A stretch of 63,831 nt of DNA, counting the filler. It is 6 parts of 6 records of this genome, joined end to end, with 100 filler letters (N's around TTAATTAATTAA, not from the genome) between each part and the next. Parts side by side here need not be neighbours in the genome. Positions count along the whole stretch, not along the records: positions 8,238 to 23,648 come from DRR723986_6191; 5 more parts are not named here. One strand, 5' to 3'. The position numbers and the translations under genes are program-made. The notes beneath the pieces were generated by a model that saw only the letters and a program-made list of their open reading frames with translations, was not told the origin of the DNA and did not search any database. Below are positions 9,657-20,197 of the stretch, piece by piece; the stretch's first letter is position 1, and every line of letters begins with the position of its first letter.

Positions 9657-10129
9657 TGCGGTTGAGCCTGCTCTTTTGGGCCACGTTCTGGGCCTTTCTG
9701 TGCGATCAGATCACCAAGTATCTGGTCGTGCATTGGATGGGCGTGGCTCAGCGTGGCAGCATTGATGTGCTGCCACCGCTGCTGACGTTCCGCTATGGCG
9801 AAAACCGTGGCATCAACTTTGGCCTGTTCCAAGGGGATACAGATATTATGCGCTGGGCCTTGATCGGGCTGTCGGTGCTGATCTGTGTGATCGTGATAGG
9901 GTGGCTGTATCGCACGCGCGCGTCGCGCTGGATGCTGATCAGTGGCGGCTTTCTGATCGGCGGCGCATTGGGCAATGTGGTTGACCGATTGCTTTATGGC
10001 TATGTGCTTGATTTCCTGAACATGTCCTGCTGTGGCTTTGATAACCCTTATGTGTTCAATGTCGCGGACATCTTTATTTTTGCTGGCGCGGCAGGCCTGA
10101 TATTGCTGGATACGAAAAAGCCCACGTGA
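9656..10129 (+). CDS. lspA: Lipoprotein signal peptidase II
   Basis: DQITK, N.GINFG, GGALGNVVDR, V.DF, FNVAD motifs. Confidence 0.95.
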   Translation: MRLSLLFWATFWAFLCDQITKYLVVHWMGVAQRGSIDVLPPLLTFRYGENRGINFGLFQGDTDIMRWALIGLSVLICVIVIGWLYRTRASRWMLISGGFLIGGALGNVVDRLLYGYVLDFLNMSCCGFDNPYVFNVADIFIFAGAAGLILLDTKKPT

Positions 10130-10179
10130 CGGGCCTTTGGAAATACGCTAAAAGCCTATGAAACTGGCAGGAGAAGACC

Positions 10180-10704
10180 ATGCGGACGCCGCTGGGGATT
10201 ATGATAGTAGCTGCTGCACTGGCGGTATCTGGGTGCTCAAATAAGGGACTCAGAGATATTCGTGCCCCCGGACCGGGGCCCGATGAATTCTCGGTCTTGC
10301 CGTCCAAACCCCTGACCGCACCCCAAGATTACGCCGTTCTGCCCGCCCCGACACCGGGTGGTGTGAACCTTGTTGATCCGAATCCAGTGGCCGAAGCCGC
10401 TGTTGCGTTGGGTGGTCGTGCCTCTGCCTATGATGGCAGCGCTGTTCCATCGTCAGATGCCGCCCTAGTCACAGCCAGCAGCCGATACGGGGTTCCATCA
10501 AATACCCGTCAGGCCCTCGCACAAGAAGATGCAGAGTTCCGCAAGAAGCAGGGCCGCGCGACCCGTATTCGCCTGTTCCCAGTGGACCGCTACAAACAGG
10601 TCTACAAAAAGCAGACGTTGAATGCGAGCCAACAGGCCGACGGATATCGTCGCGCCGGGGTGCCTACGCCGACCGCGCCGCCAACCACGCGGCAAAAGGA
10701 TTAA
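10180..10704 (+). CDS. DUF3035-family lipoprotein
   Basis: Lipobox VSGC; GPDEFSVLPSKPL and LPAPTPGG motifs; usual position between lspA and M16 peptidases. Confidence 0.8.
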   Translation: MRTPLGIMIVAAALAVSGCSNKGLRDIRAPGPGPDEFSVLPSKPLTAPQDYAVLPAPTPGGVNLVDPNPVAEAAVALGGRASAYDGSAVPSSDAALVTASSRYGVPSNTRQALAQEDAEFRKKQGRATRIRLFPVDRYKQVYKKQTLNASQQADGYRRAGVPTPTAPPTTRQKD

Positions 10705-10782
10705 GTAAATTTAACGCTAGCTCTTCTTGAACACCCGCCAGCTTACCGTAGGTTGTCTATCAACACGAACGGAGGATGCCGG

Positions 10783-12138
10783 ATGGCCCGAAGACGAGCG
10801 TTTGTTCTTGCCGCTGCCTTATTGAGCGCTGCTGCTGCCCCTGTCTGGGCACAGCAAGAGCAAGAAGAAGTAACAACATTTACCCTCGACAACGGCATGG
10901 AAGTCGTTGTCGTCGAAGATCACCGGGCCCCGGTGTTGCAACATATGGTTTGGTATCGTGCCGGATCAGCGGACGAACCCAAGGGCTCGTCTGGCGTGGC
11001 GCATTTCCTTGAGCATCTGTTGTTCAAAGCAACCGATACGCTTGAATCCGGAGAGCTGTCCTCTACGGTCGCGGCCAATGGCGGGCGGGACAACGCCTTT
11101 ACCTCGTACGACTACACCGCCTACTATCAACGTGTCGCGGCGGATCGGCTCGAGCTGATGATGCGGATGGAATCCGACCGGATGCGTAATATCCGCCTGA
11201 CCGAAAAAGACATCGAAACTGAACGCGATGTGATCCTCGAAGAGCGGAACCAGCGCACCGACAACAACCCCCGCGCGCTGTTTGGCGAACAAATGAGTGC
11301 GGTCCAGTATCACAACCATCGCTATGGCGTGCCCGTGATTGGGTGGCGTCACGAGATGGAGACGCTGGACATGGAGGACGCACTGTCCTTTTATCAAACC
11401 TATTATTCCCCGAACAACGCCATCCTTGTGGTGTCCGGCGATGTTGACCCGGACGAGGTCAAGCGCCTTGCTGAAGAATACTATGGTGTTATCCCCGCGA
11501 CCGTCGATCTGCCCGAACGGCTGCGCACGCAGGAACCGCCACAAACCGCCGCGCGTCGACTGACGTTCAAAGATGCCAGAGTGGCGCAGCCTTATGTGCA
11601 GCGATCCTATCTGGCTCCGGAACGGGACCCCGGTGAACAGGAAAAGGCCGCAGCCCTGTTTCTGTTCGCTGAATTGCTGGGCGGCGGCACGACGTCCTAC
11701 CTGAACGAGAAACTGCAATTTGACACCCAAACCGCCGTCTATACCGGCGCGTTTTATGGCGGTTTGTCGTTGGATGACACAACCTTTGATCTGCTTATCG
11801 TGCCGAGCGAGGGCGTCAGCCTGCAAGAGGCCGAGGATGCGATGGACGTCGCCGTGGCCGAATTCATCGCCAAAGGCGTAGATGAGGCGGATCTGGAGCG
11901 GATCAAGATGCAACTCCGTGCCTCGCAGATTTATGCGCGCGACAACGTGGATGGCATCGCCAACCGGTATGGCCGCGCTCTGACCAGTGGCCTTACAATC
12001 GAGGATGTGCAGGCGTGGCCTGACGTGCTGCAAGCCGTTACGGGCGAACAGATCATCGCTGCGGCCAAAGAGGTCCTCCAGCCGGAAACCTCGGTCACCG
12101 GATGGTTGATGCGGGACACACAGGAGGTGACGCAATGA
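10783..12138 (+). CDS. M16 (pitrilysin-family) zinc peptidase, catalytic subunit
   Basis: Signal peptide, LDNGM, inverted zinc motif HFLEH, NAFTSYDYT. Confidence 0.93.
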   Translation: MARRRAFVLAAALLSAAAAPVWAQQEQEEVTTFTLDNGMEVVVVEDHRAPVLQHMVWYRAGSADEPKGSSGVAHFLEHLLFKATDTLESGELSSTVAANGGRDNAFTSYDYTAYYQRVAADRLELMMRMESDRMRNIRLTEKDIETERDVILEERNQRTDNNPRALFGEQMSAVQYHNHRYGVPVIGWRHEMETLDMEDALSFYQTYYSPNNAILVVSGDVDPDEVKRLAEEYYGVIPATVDLPERLRTQEPPQTAARRLTFKDARVAQPYVQRSYLAPERDPGEQEKAAALFLFAELLGGGTTSYLNEKLQFDTQTAVYTGAFYGGLSLDDTTFDLLIVPSEGVSLQEAEDAMDVAVAEFIAKGVDEADLERIKMQLRASQIYARDNVDGIANRYGRALTSGLTIEDVQAWPDVLQAVTGEQIIAAAKEVLQPETSVTGWLMRDTQEVTQ

Positions 12139-13445
12139 AGGCGCTGATCGCAACTCTATTCACAGTGGTTCTGGCATTCCCTGCTTGGGCCGAAGTTAAA
12201 ATACAGGATGTCACCTCACCCAAAGGCATCAAGGCCTGGCTGGTCGAAGAACACTCGATCCCCTTTACTGCGCTGGAACTTCGGTTTCGTGGCGGTACGT
12301 CATTGGACACTCCGGGCAAACGTGGCGCGATTAACCTGATGACGGGCCTGATCGAAGAAGGGGCCGGAGATCTGGATGCCCGCGCCTATGCACGCAAGTT
12401 GGAATCCCTTGCCGCGTCGTTTGGCTATGATGTTGGTGACGACACGCTGTCGATCTCGGCGCGGTTTTTAACCGAAAACCGGGATGAGGTCATCGATTTG
12501 TTGCGGACAACACTGCTCGAACCCCGGTTCGATCAGGATGCTGTGGATCGTGTGCGGGCGCAGGTGATTTCGGGTCTGAAATCAAACGCCAAAGACCCCA
12601 ATTCGATTGCCGGCAAATCCGTGCGCTCGATGATCTATGGTGATCACCCCTATGCCTCTGATGGGCAGGGCACGATTGAAAGCGTGACGGCCCTGACCCG
12701 CGACGATATCGTGGATGCCCATGCCGGGGTTCTGGTGCGCGATCAGCTGTACGTTGGCGCCGTGGGGGACATCACCGCCGAAGAGTTGGGTGCCTTGCTG
12801 GACGAGCTGCTCGCGGATCTGCCCGAAACAGGGCGCGCCATTCCGGCCAAGGCTGACTTAAACTTGACCGGTGGTGTCACGGTGGTGGATTTCGACACGC
12901 CACAATCGCAAGTTCTGTTCAGTCAGGGCGGCATTGATCGCGATGACGACGATTTCTTTACCGCCTATGTGATGAACCACATTCTGGGCGGTGGCTCGTT
13001 TGAGAGCCGCCTGATGGAAGAGGTGCGTGTCAAACGGGGCCTGACCTATGGTGTCTATTCATATCTTCTGCCCAAAGATCTGGCCTCGCTCTACATGGGC
13101 AGTGTCGCGTCGGGCAATGACCGCGTCGCCGAAGCGATTGAGGTGATTCAGGCGGAATGGGCAAAACTGGCGACCGAGGGTGTCACCGCCAAAGAGCTGA
13201 AGGATGCGCAAACCTATCTGACGGGGGCTTATCCCCTGCGGTTTGACGGGAATGGTCAGATCGCCGGGATCATGGTCGGAATGCAAATGCAGGACCTGCC
13301 GATTGATTACATCGCGACCCGCAACGACAAGGTAAATGCCGTCACGTTGGACGACATCAAACGTGTGGCTGGTGAATTGCTCACCCCAGATCAGTTGCAT
13401 TTTACTGTTGTGGGTAAACCTGTAGGCTTGGAAACAACCAACTGA
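12135..13445 (+). CDS. M16 peptidase partner subunit (no HxxEH)
   Basis: Overlaps the previous stop (ATGA); SRLMEEVRVKRGLTYGV R/Y motif; lacks the zinc motif. Confidence 0.9.
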   Translation: MKALIATLFTVVLAFPAWAEVKIQDVTSPKGIKAWLVEEHSIPFTALELRFRGGTSLDTPGKRGAINLMTGLIEEGAGDLDARAYARKLESLAASFGYDVGDDTLSISARFLTENRDEVIDLLRTTLLEPRFDQDAVDRVRAQVISGLKSNAKDPNSIAGKSVRSMIYGDHPYASDGQGTIESVTALTRDDIVDAHAGVLVRDQLYVGAVGDITAEELGALLDELLADLPETGRAIPAKADLNLTGGVTVVDFDTPQSQVLFSQGGIDRDDDDFFTAYVMNHILGGGSFESRLMEEVRVKRGLTYGVYSYLLPKDLASLYMGSVASGNDRVAEAIEVIQAEWAKLATEGVTAKELKDAQTYLTGAYPLRFDGNGQIAGIMVGMQMQDLPIDYIATRNDKVNAVTLDDIKRVAGELLTPDQLHFTVVGKPVGLETTN

Positions 13446-13451
13446 AAATAG

Positions 13452-13482
13452 TCAGAGGGGCAGGCCAGTCTTGCCCCTCTGA
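13452..13482. terminator. Terminator hairpin after the M16 pair
   Basis: TCAGAGGGGCA ... TGCCCCTCTGA, 11-bp inverted repeat. Confidence 0.65.
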
Positions 13483-13776
13483 TCGCGACTAGATCAGCCC
13501 TTGGTCAGGATTGTTGTTTGGGCGGAATTATCGGGTGTTTGAGTCCCCGCGCGCTGTTAAGTGATAGCGATAGTGCCGGGCAGCTGCAGCCCTAGGTCAG
13601 ATACGAAAATAGACCCTAATACCCATCAACGTCGGCGAAACGGTTTCAACTGCCTTTCATTTTGATTGAAGTTTGGGCCAGTCTTTGTTGCCTGGTCGCT
13701 AAAAAGTTGCCGGACTGAACCAGTGATCTATTTTATAAATAGAGATGAATTTTATTGGATGTGGGGGAAATCGATT

Positions 13777-15657
13777 ATGACCGCTAGAAACAGTTGTTTG
13801 GCACTTGTTGCGGGGGCGGTGATTTTTGCAAGTCCGGCTTTCGCTCAATCCATTGCAGACACGATCTACTCGAACGGCCCGATCCTCACGATCAACGACG
13901 CAGAACCAACGGCTGAGGCGGTTGCGGTTAAGAATGGCCGAATTCTCGCGGTTGGCGCGCTCTCTGATATTAAGTCACATCAAGGTGAAACGACAGAATT
14001 GTACGATCTGAAGGGGCGCGCGATGCTGCCCGGGTTCGTTGATAGTCACGGGCATGCGGTCATGGGCGGACTACAAGCGCTTTCCGCCAATCTCCTGGCG
14101 GCACCGGACGGTGATGTCACAGATATTCCGAGCCTTCAGGATACTTTGCGCAGTTGGATAGCTGAGAACACAGAAATCGTGGACAAAGTGCAACTGATCG
14201 TAGGCTTTGGGTATGACCAATCTCAGTTGACAGAATTACGCCACCCAACCCGCGAAGATCTTGATGAGGTATCAAAAGATGTTCCGATCATAATTGTCCA
14301 CCAATCAGCCCATTTCGGTGTCGCCAACTCTAAGGCGCTCGAATTAACAGATGTCGATGCTGATACGCCCGATCCTGCGGGAGGTATCATCCGTCGGGAA
14401 GCTGATGGTGCCCCCAACGGTGTACTCGAGGAAAATGCTTTCTTTATGGTTTTAACCAACCTGCTCGGTGGCCTTGGCGAAGAGGGTTTGCGCGCTTTTG
14501 CCAACGCGGGCCCAGAGCTTTGGGCGAGGTTCGGCTACACAACTGCTCAAGAAGGGCGTGCAGCTCCGCCAATTGTCGAAGTCATGAAGAGTGTCGCGTC
14601 CGAAGGCGGGTTTAAAATTGACGTTGTTGCCTATCCCGACATTATGGTCGATCGAAACTACATCGCGGAAAATGTCTCGGACTCATATGTAAATCGGATG
14701 CGCGTCGGTGGGGCAAAATTGACGATTGATGGCTCTCCCCAAGGGTTTACGGCATGGCGTGACCGGCCCTATTTTAACCCGGTGGGCGAATATGCACCCG
14801 GCTATCTTGGCTACTCTGCTGTTAGCAATGAGCAGGTGATCGACGCTGTCGATTGGGCGTTTGAAAACAATGTCCAGATCCTTGTGCACTCCAACGGAGA
14901 GGCTGCGTCTGACCTTTTTCTGGCGTCCATTGATAGTGCAGAGACCAAGTATGGGCCAGCAGACCGGCGCCCCGTTCTGATCCATGGTCAATTCCTGCGC
15001 GAAGACCAGGTTGATGCGCTACAAAGGCTTAAGGTGTTTCCTTCTTTGTTCCCGATGCACACTTTTTATTGGGGTGATTGGCACCGCGACCACACAGTTG
15101 GGCCAGTCCTTGCGGATAATATTTCCCCAACTGGCTGGGTCCGTGAGCGCGGCATGATGTTTGGCTCGCACCACGATGCGCCAGTCGCATTTCCTGATAG
15201 CATGCGTGTTCTCGATGCGACGGTTACCCGGCGGACAAGGTCTGGTGACATCCTTGGCCCGTCTCAGCGGGTGGATGTGTTAACAGCCCTTAAATCGATG
15301 ACGATCTGGCCGGCATGGCAACACTTTGAGGCTGACCAGAAAGGCAGCATCGAAGTCGGGAAGCTGGCGGACTTCGTAATCCTGTCGGACGACCCGACCG
15401 CGGTTGATATTGAAAATTTAGATCAGCTTCGTGTGACAGCGACGATCAAAGAAGACGAGGTCATCTACAAAGCAAAAGATGGAGAACAAGACGCCAAGCT
15501 GAGGCAATCCCCCTTCATGAGCGATCCAGCAACGGCCCATCTCTTCCTGCATGCGATATATCGTGGTGCAGGTGTAGAGAACCCAGCTATTGGATGCTTG
15601 CTCAACGATGATGCATGCGAGCGCCTGTTCAGCACGCCGTCAACCCGTTTTGAATGA
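13777..15657 (+). CDS. Exported amidohydrolase (Amidohydro_3/YtcJ-like)
   Basis: Signal peptide; PGFVDSHGH, KLTIDGS, HSNGE, IHGQ, HHDAP, GSIEVGKLADFVIL. Confidence 0.88.
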   Translation: MTARNSCLALVAGAVIFASPAFAQSIADTIYSNGPILTINDAEPTAEAVAVKNGRILAVGALSDIKSHQGETTELYDLKGRAMLPGFVDSHGHAVMGGLQALSANLLAAPDGDVTDIPSLQDTLRSWIAENTEIVDKVQLIVGFGYDQSQLTELRHPTREDLDEVSKDVPIIIVHQSAHFGVANSKALELTDVDADTPDPAGGIIRREADGAPNGVLEENAFFMVLTNLLGGLGEEGLRAFANAGPELWARFGYTTAQEGRAAPPIVEVMKSVASEGGFKIDVVAYPDIMVDRNYIAENVSDSYVNRMRVGGAKLTIDGSPQGFTAWRDRPYFNPVGEYAPGYLGYSAVSNEQVIDAVDWAFENNVQILVHSNGEAASDLFLASIDSAETKYGPADRRPVLIHGQFLREDQVDALQRLKVFPSLFPMHTFYWGDWHRDHTVGPVLADNISPTGWVRERGMMFGSHHDAPVAFPDSMRVLDATVTRRTRSGDILGPSQRVDVLTALKSMTIWPAWQHFEADQKGSIEVGKLADFVILSDDPTAVDIENLDQLRVTATIKEDEVIYKAKDGEQDAKLRQSPFMSDPATAHLFLHAIYRGAGVENPAIGCLLNDDACERLFSTPSTRFE

Positions 15658-15899
15658 GGAATCCGAACTCGCTTCCGTAGGTTTACACGAGACCAAAGCT
15701 AAAACCGTAAACTTCCGGGTTTAGCCTTCTCCACGGCCAGCGCTCTTCAGTTTATTCATTCAATCTGAGGTGATCTAGGAATGGCCGCAACAGGGCATTC
15801 AATTATGGCCTGTGCTCCTCGTTACCACACGCGCCTGCCCTTTGTCAGTAAGCAGGGGTACCCAAGTGAGGATACCCCCTTTTTAAGGGTCGCTGGAAT

Positions 15900-16715
15900 T
15901 CACGCTTTCTTGGCGGCTGCAGCGCGCAGCATCTGCCCCATCATCTGACCATGCTGGCCGGATCCGCGATGGTACAGCGCACCGTCCACTGCAATCACCT
16001 GACCGCTGACATAGGTCGCCATGTCAGAGCTGAGGAACAAGCAGGTGTTGGCCACGTCCTGCGGCGTGCCAAATCGGCCAACGGGCACCGCGTCCATCGC
16101 CAGCTTGCGGGTCGCCTCGTTCGGGGCAAGGCGCTCCACGCCCTCGGTTCCATCAATGAAGCCGGGCACAACCGAATTGATGCGGATGCCCTCAATGCCC
16201 CATTCCATCGACAAGGTGCGGGTGATCTGATCCACACCGGCTTTGGCGGCGCAGACGTGTGACTGTCCTTCGTAGGGCAGATAGGCCTGTGGCGCAGAGA
16301 TATTGATGATGCTCGCACCGGGGCGTTTCAGGAACGGATGTGCGGCCTTCATCACGTGGATCGTACCCATCAGGTCGATATCAATCACCGTTTTAAAGGC
16401 GTTGATCGACATCTCAGCCGCCAAGGCTGGGAAATTGCCCGCAGCGCCTGACACCAGCACGTCAATGTCTCCAAAAGCGGTGTGAAAGCTTGCAAGACCT
16501 GCGGCAACTGCCTCTGGATCACGCACGTCAAAGGCCGCGCCCATGGCCTCCAGCGCGCCCGCCTCTTTCAAGGCCGCGACGGTGTCATCCACTTTGTCCT
16601 GTGACCGGCTGGCAACGGCAACCTTGGCCCCTGCCGCGCCAAACGCCTCGGCAATGCCGCGGTTGATGCCGCTGGTTCCACCGACAACAACAACCGCTTT
16701 TCCTTTAAAATCCAC
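15900..16715 (-). CDS. SDR oxidoreductase, 2,4-dienoyl-CoA reductase-like
   Basis: GGTSGIN Rossmann motif, GAAGNF, HVCAAKAG, VDG. Confidence 0.85.
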   Translation of the reverse strand: MDFKGKAVVVVGGTSGINRGIAEAFGAAGAKVAVASRSQDKVDDTVAALKEAGALEAMGAAFDVRDPEAVAAGLASFHTAFGDIDVLVSGAAGNFPALAAEMSINAFKTVIDIDLMGTIHVMKAAHPFLKRPGASIINISAPQAYLPYEGQSHVCAAKAGVDQITRTLSMEWGIEGIRINSVVPGFIDGTEGVERLAPNEATRKLAMDAVPVGRFGTPQDVANTCLFLSSDMATYVSGQVIAVDGALYHRGSGQHGQMMGQMLRAAAAKKA

Positions 16716-16745
16716 CTTGGTCTCTCCCCGCTAGGTCCGGGGACC

Positions 16746-19079
16746 CTACTCGCCGTAGGGGACCCAGATGTTCTTGATTTCAGTCGCAGCTTGCAGGAAC
16801 CGTTTGCTGTGGTCCACGTTCCAATCGGTTGCCGTGGCGTTATTCACCCAGGTCCGTTTCAGGTTGCCTGCTGATGCCTTTTCGATCTGGGCGGACAGAT
16901 CGGTGGATGAGAAAGACCAAACCGCATCCACATTCAGATGCGACGCCAATGGCTTGGCCAGATCCGCATGCACACCCGTCAGGATGTTCACGACCCCGGC
17001 TGGAACGTCCGAGGTTTCCAAGATCTGATAGAAATCAGTGGCGGCCAGCGGATAAGGTTCAGAGGCGGCCAGAACCACCCGGTTGCCCATCGCAATCGCT
17101 GGGGCCATGACTGAAACCAACCCCAACAGTGGCGCCTCATCGGCGCAGAGCGCACCGATGACACCAGTGGGTTCTTTCATCGCCAAGGCAACGCCCCGGA
17201 TCGGGACGCCATGCACCTGACCGTCGTATTTGTCAGCCCAGGCGGCCGCCGAGAACAGACGCTGGATCGAGGTTTCGACCTCTTTCGCGCCGCCCTTTTT
17301 GCCGGTCATAGCGTCGATGCGATGGGCGAATTCATCGGCGCGTGCCGACAGGTTTTCGCCGATGTAATACAGGATCTGTGCCCGCAGGTGTCCGGTTGCC
17401 TTTGCCCAGCCTTTGGCGCCTGCTGCAGCCTCGACCGCGTTGCGCACGTCTTTGCGGCTGCCAAGGCCCACGTGACCCAACAGACCGGATTTGCCCCAGA
17501 TCGCGCGGGAATACCCGCTGTCCGGGCGGGCCTGTTTGCCGCCGACATACATCTTGGCGGTTCGATCCAGCGGATCATTTGGCGTGCCTTCGCCGGATAC
17601 GGCTTCGACCGGGGCCAAAGCTTTGGGTGTGCCTTTGGGTTTGGTATAGGCTGTCAGCCCCTCCCAGCCGCCCTCGCGGCCAAAGCCGCTTTCGCGCACG
17701 CCGCCAAATCCGGCGGCTGCATCAAACAGGTTGGTGGCATTGATCCAAACGACACCGGCAACCAGCTTAGGCGCGATATCAAGCGCAAGGTTCACGTTCT
17801 CGGTCCAGACCGTTGCTGCCAGCCCATAGCGCGTGTTGTTGGCCAGTTCGACCGCCTCAGCTGGGGTGCGGAAGGTGGACGCCACCAGAACGGGACCAAA
17901 GATTTCTTCCTGCATCAACGGATCGCTGGTTTCCAAACCGGTGATCAGGGTCGGCGGGTAATAGCAGCCGTTTTCGGGCATCACACAGGACACCTGATGC
18001 ATTTCACCAGCCGTGTTGCTTTCCACCATGGATTGGATGGTTTGCAATTGTACCGGATCGACAACCGCCCCCACGTCGATGCACTTGTCCAACGGGTTGC
18101 CAATGCGCAGACCGTCCATGCGGGCGCGCAACTTGTCATAGAACCGCTCTGCAATGCCTTCTTGCACCAACAGGCGCGACCCGGCGCAACAGACCTGTCC
18201 CTGATTGAACCAGATCGCGTCAACCAGACCTTCGATGGCGGAATCGATATCCGCATCGTCAAAGACCACATAAGCCGACTTGCCACCCAGTTCGAGCGTC
18301 AGCTCTTTGCCGGACCCTGCCGTGGCTTCGCGAATGCGCCGCCCGACCGAGGTGGACCCGGTAAAGGCAATCTTGTCGACCTCCGCCGCAACAATCATTT
18401 CGCCAACCGCGCCGTCGCCAGTGACGATGTTCACCACGCCTTTGGGCACCCCGGCCTGTTGGCAGATGTCAGCAAACAACAGGGCGGTGAGCGATGTGTA
18501 TTCGGCGGGTTTCAAGACCACCGTGTTGCCCATCGCCAGCGCAGGCGCGATTTTCCACGCCAGCATCAACAACGGGAAGTTCCACGGGATGATCTGACCA
18601 CAGACGCCCAAGGCCTGCGCATCTGGCAGTTCGCTGTCTTTCAGCTGTGCCATGCCCGCGTGGTAATAGAAATGACGCTGTGCCAGCGGGATGTCGATAT
18701 CGCGGCTCTCGCGGATCGGTTTGCCGTTGTCCAGACTTTCAAGCACCGCAAACAGACGCGAATGTTTCTGCAACAGGCGCGCAATGGCATACAGATACTT
18801 GGCCCGACCAGCACCGCCGATCTGTTCCCACTTGGGTTGCGCGGCGCGCGCTGCGGCAACGGCGGCATCGACGTCGTCCTGCGTGGCTTGGCTGAGGGTG
18901 GCCAGCACCTCGCCCGTGGCAGGGTTGCGGCTGTCGAACCCTTCGCCGGGGGCGGTAAAAGCGCCATTGATGAAATGCCCAAAGCGGTCGCCTTGGTCTA
19001 CAAGCCAGGCCAACGCCTCGGCTGCGCTTTCGGGGGCAGGGCCATAATCCATGGTGTCAAAGATTTCTTTTACAGACAT
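16746..19079 (-). CDS. Aldehyde dehydrogenase with an extra C-terminal ALDH half (ALDH16-type)
   Basis: IIPWNFP, FTGST, LELGGK, QGQVCCAG, EEIFGPV, followed by a second truncated ALDH-like domain; 777 aa. Confidence 0.9.
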   Translation of the reverse strand: MSVKEIFDTMDYGPAPESAAEALAWLVDQGDRFGHFINGAFTAPGEGFDSRNPATGEVLATLSQATQDDVDAAVAAARAAQPKWEQIGGAGRAKYLYAIARLLQKHSRLFAVLESLDNGKPIRESRDIDIPLAQRHFYYHAGMAQLKDSELPDAQALGVCGQIIPWNFPLLMLAWKIAPALAMGNTVVLKPAEYTSLTALLFADICQQAGVPKGVVNIVTGDGAVGEMIVAAEVDKIAFTGSTSVGRRIREATAGSGKELTLELGGKSAYVVFDDADIDSAIEGLVDAIWFNQGQVCCAGSRLLVQEGIAERFYDKLRARMDGLRIGNPLDKCIDVGAVVDPVQLQTIQSMVESNTAGEMHQVSCVMPENGCYYPPTLITGLETSDPLMQEEIFGPVLVASTFRTPAEAVELANNTRYGLAATVWTENVNLALDIAPKLVAGVVWINATNLFDAAAGFGGVRESGFGREGGWEGLTAYTKPKGTPKALAPVEAVSGEGTPNDPLDRTAKMYVGGKQARPDSGYSRAIWGKSGLLGHVGLGSRKDVRNAVEAAAGAKGWAKATGHLRAQILYYIGENLSARADEFAHRIDAMTGKKGGAKEVETSIQRLFSAAAWADKYDGQVHGVPIRGVALAMKEPTGVIGALCADEAPLLGLVSVMAPAIAMGNRVVLAASEPYPLAATDFYQILETSDVPAGVVNILTGVHADLAKPLASHLNVDAVWSFSSTDLSAQIEKASAGNLKRTWVNNATATDWNVDHSKRFLQAATEIKNIWVPYGE

Positions 19080-19088
19080 TGTTCTTCC

Positions 19089-20084
19089 TCAACCCATCGA
19101 ATGGCGGTAACCGGCGGAGTATGCCCCGGTGACATGGTGTTCCAACTGGCGTTCGATATCCCCCAACAGGGAAGAGGCACCAAACCGGAACAGGTCAGGC
19201 TGCAACCAACGATCGCCCAGCTCGTCCTTGATCAGCGCAAGATACACCAGCGCGTCCTTAGCCTTGCTGATGCCACCCGCGGGTTTGTACCCGACGCGAT
19301 ATCCGGTGCGGTCGTAATAGTCGCGGATCGCGCGGATCATCACCAACGTGACGGGTAGGGTGGCGTTGACACTTTCTTTCCCGGTCGAGGTTTTGATGAA
19401 ATCAGCCCCTGCCATCATGCAAATCAACGACGCGCGCGCGACATTGCGCAAGCTGCCCAATTCACCCGTCGCCAGAATGGCTTTGACGTGGGCATCGCCA
19501 CAGGCGGCGCGAAACGCTTTCATTTCGTCATAGAGCGCCTGCCAGTTGCCAGACAACACGTGGCGGCGCGAAATGACGATGTCTATCTCTTCGGCCCCGG
19601 CCTTTACGCTTTCTTCGATCTCAGCAAGGCGCAGGTGAAATGGCGACAGACCCGCCGGAAAACCAGTCGAAACGGCGGCCACCGGAATGCCGGTGCCTTT
19701 CAACGCTGTGACGGCGGTTTCAATCATGTCGTGGTACACGCAGACCGCGCCCGTGGTGATGGCAGGCATCTCCAGCGCATCCAGCAGGGCAGGCGAAACC
19801 GGTTGGCGCGCCTTGGAACACAGTCGGCGCACCCGGCCCACAGTGTCATCGCCCGACAAGGTGGTCAGATCGATCAGCGTGATCGCCTTGAGCAACCAAG
19901 CCGCCTGATACTCTTTTTTCACTGACCGGCGCCCAGACAGGGTCGCGGCGCGGCGTTCAATGGCTGACGTATTGGCCTGCACTGCGCGGACCCAATCCAG
20001 ATCCAGCGTGGTGCCGGGATTTCTGGGTTCGGTCAGTTGCGGCAACTGCGCGGTCCGTTCAGGGCTCTGCGTTTGCATAGTCAC
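19089..20084 (-). CDS. deoC: Deoxyribose-phosphate aldolase
   Basis: IDLTTL, AVCVY, EIDIV, HVKAIL, GADFIKTSTGK, KPAGGI, RFGASSLL. Confidence 0.95.
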   Translation of the reverse strand: MTMQTQSPERTAQLPQLTEPRNPGTTLDLDWVRAVQANTSAIERRAATLSGRRSVKKEYQAAWLLKAITLIDLTTLSGDDTVGRVRRLCSKARQPVSPALLDALEMPAITTGAVCVYHDMIETAVTALKGTGIPVAAVSTGFPAGLSPFHLRLAEIEESVKAGAEEIDIVISRRHVLSGNWQALYDEMKAFRAACGDAHVKAILATGELGSLRNVARASLICMMAGADFIKTSTGKESVNATLPVTLVMIRAIRDYYDRTGYRVGYKPAGGISKAKDALVYLALIKDELGDRWLQPDLFRFGASSLLGDIERQLEHHVTGAYSAGYRHSMG

Positions 20085-20197
20085 GTCCTTTAGACAGGTT
20101 CAGCGTCAAAATCGCACGACCTGCGACAGATTGGCAAGGTTAAGCAGGGGGTGACTGTGGGGAATATTTGACCATTTGGACAAAAGACTACCCTTTT

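Noticed and set aside
12135..13445. M16 peptidase lacking the HxxEH motif
   Set aside because: Normal non-catalytic partner of heterodimeric M16B peptidases
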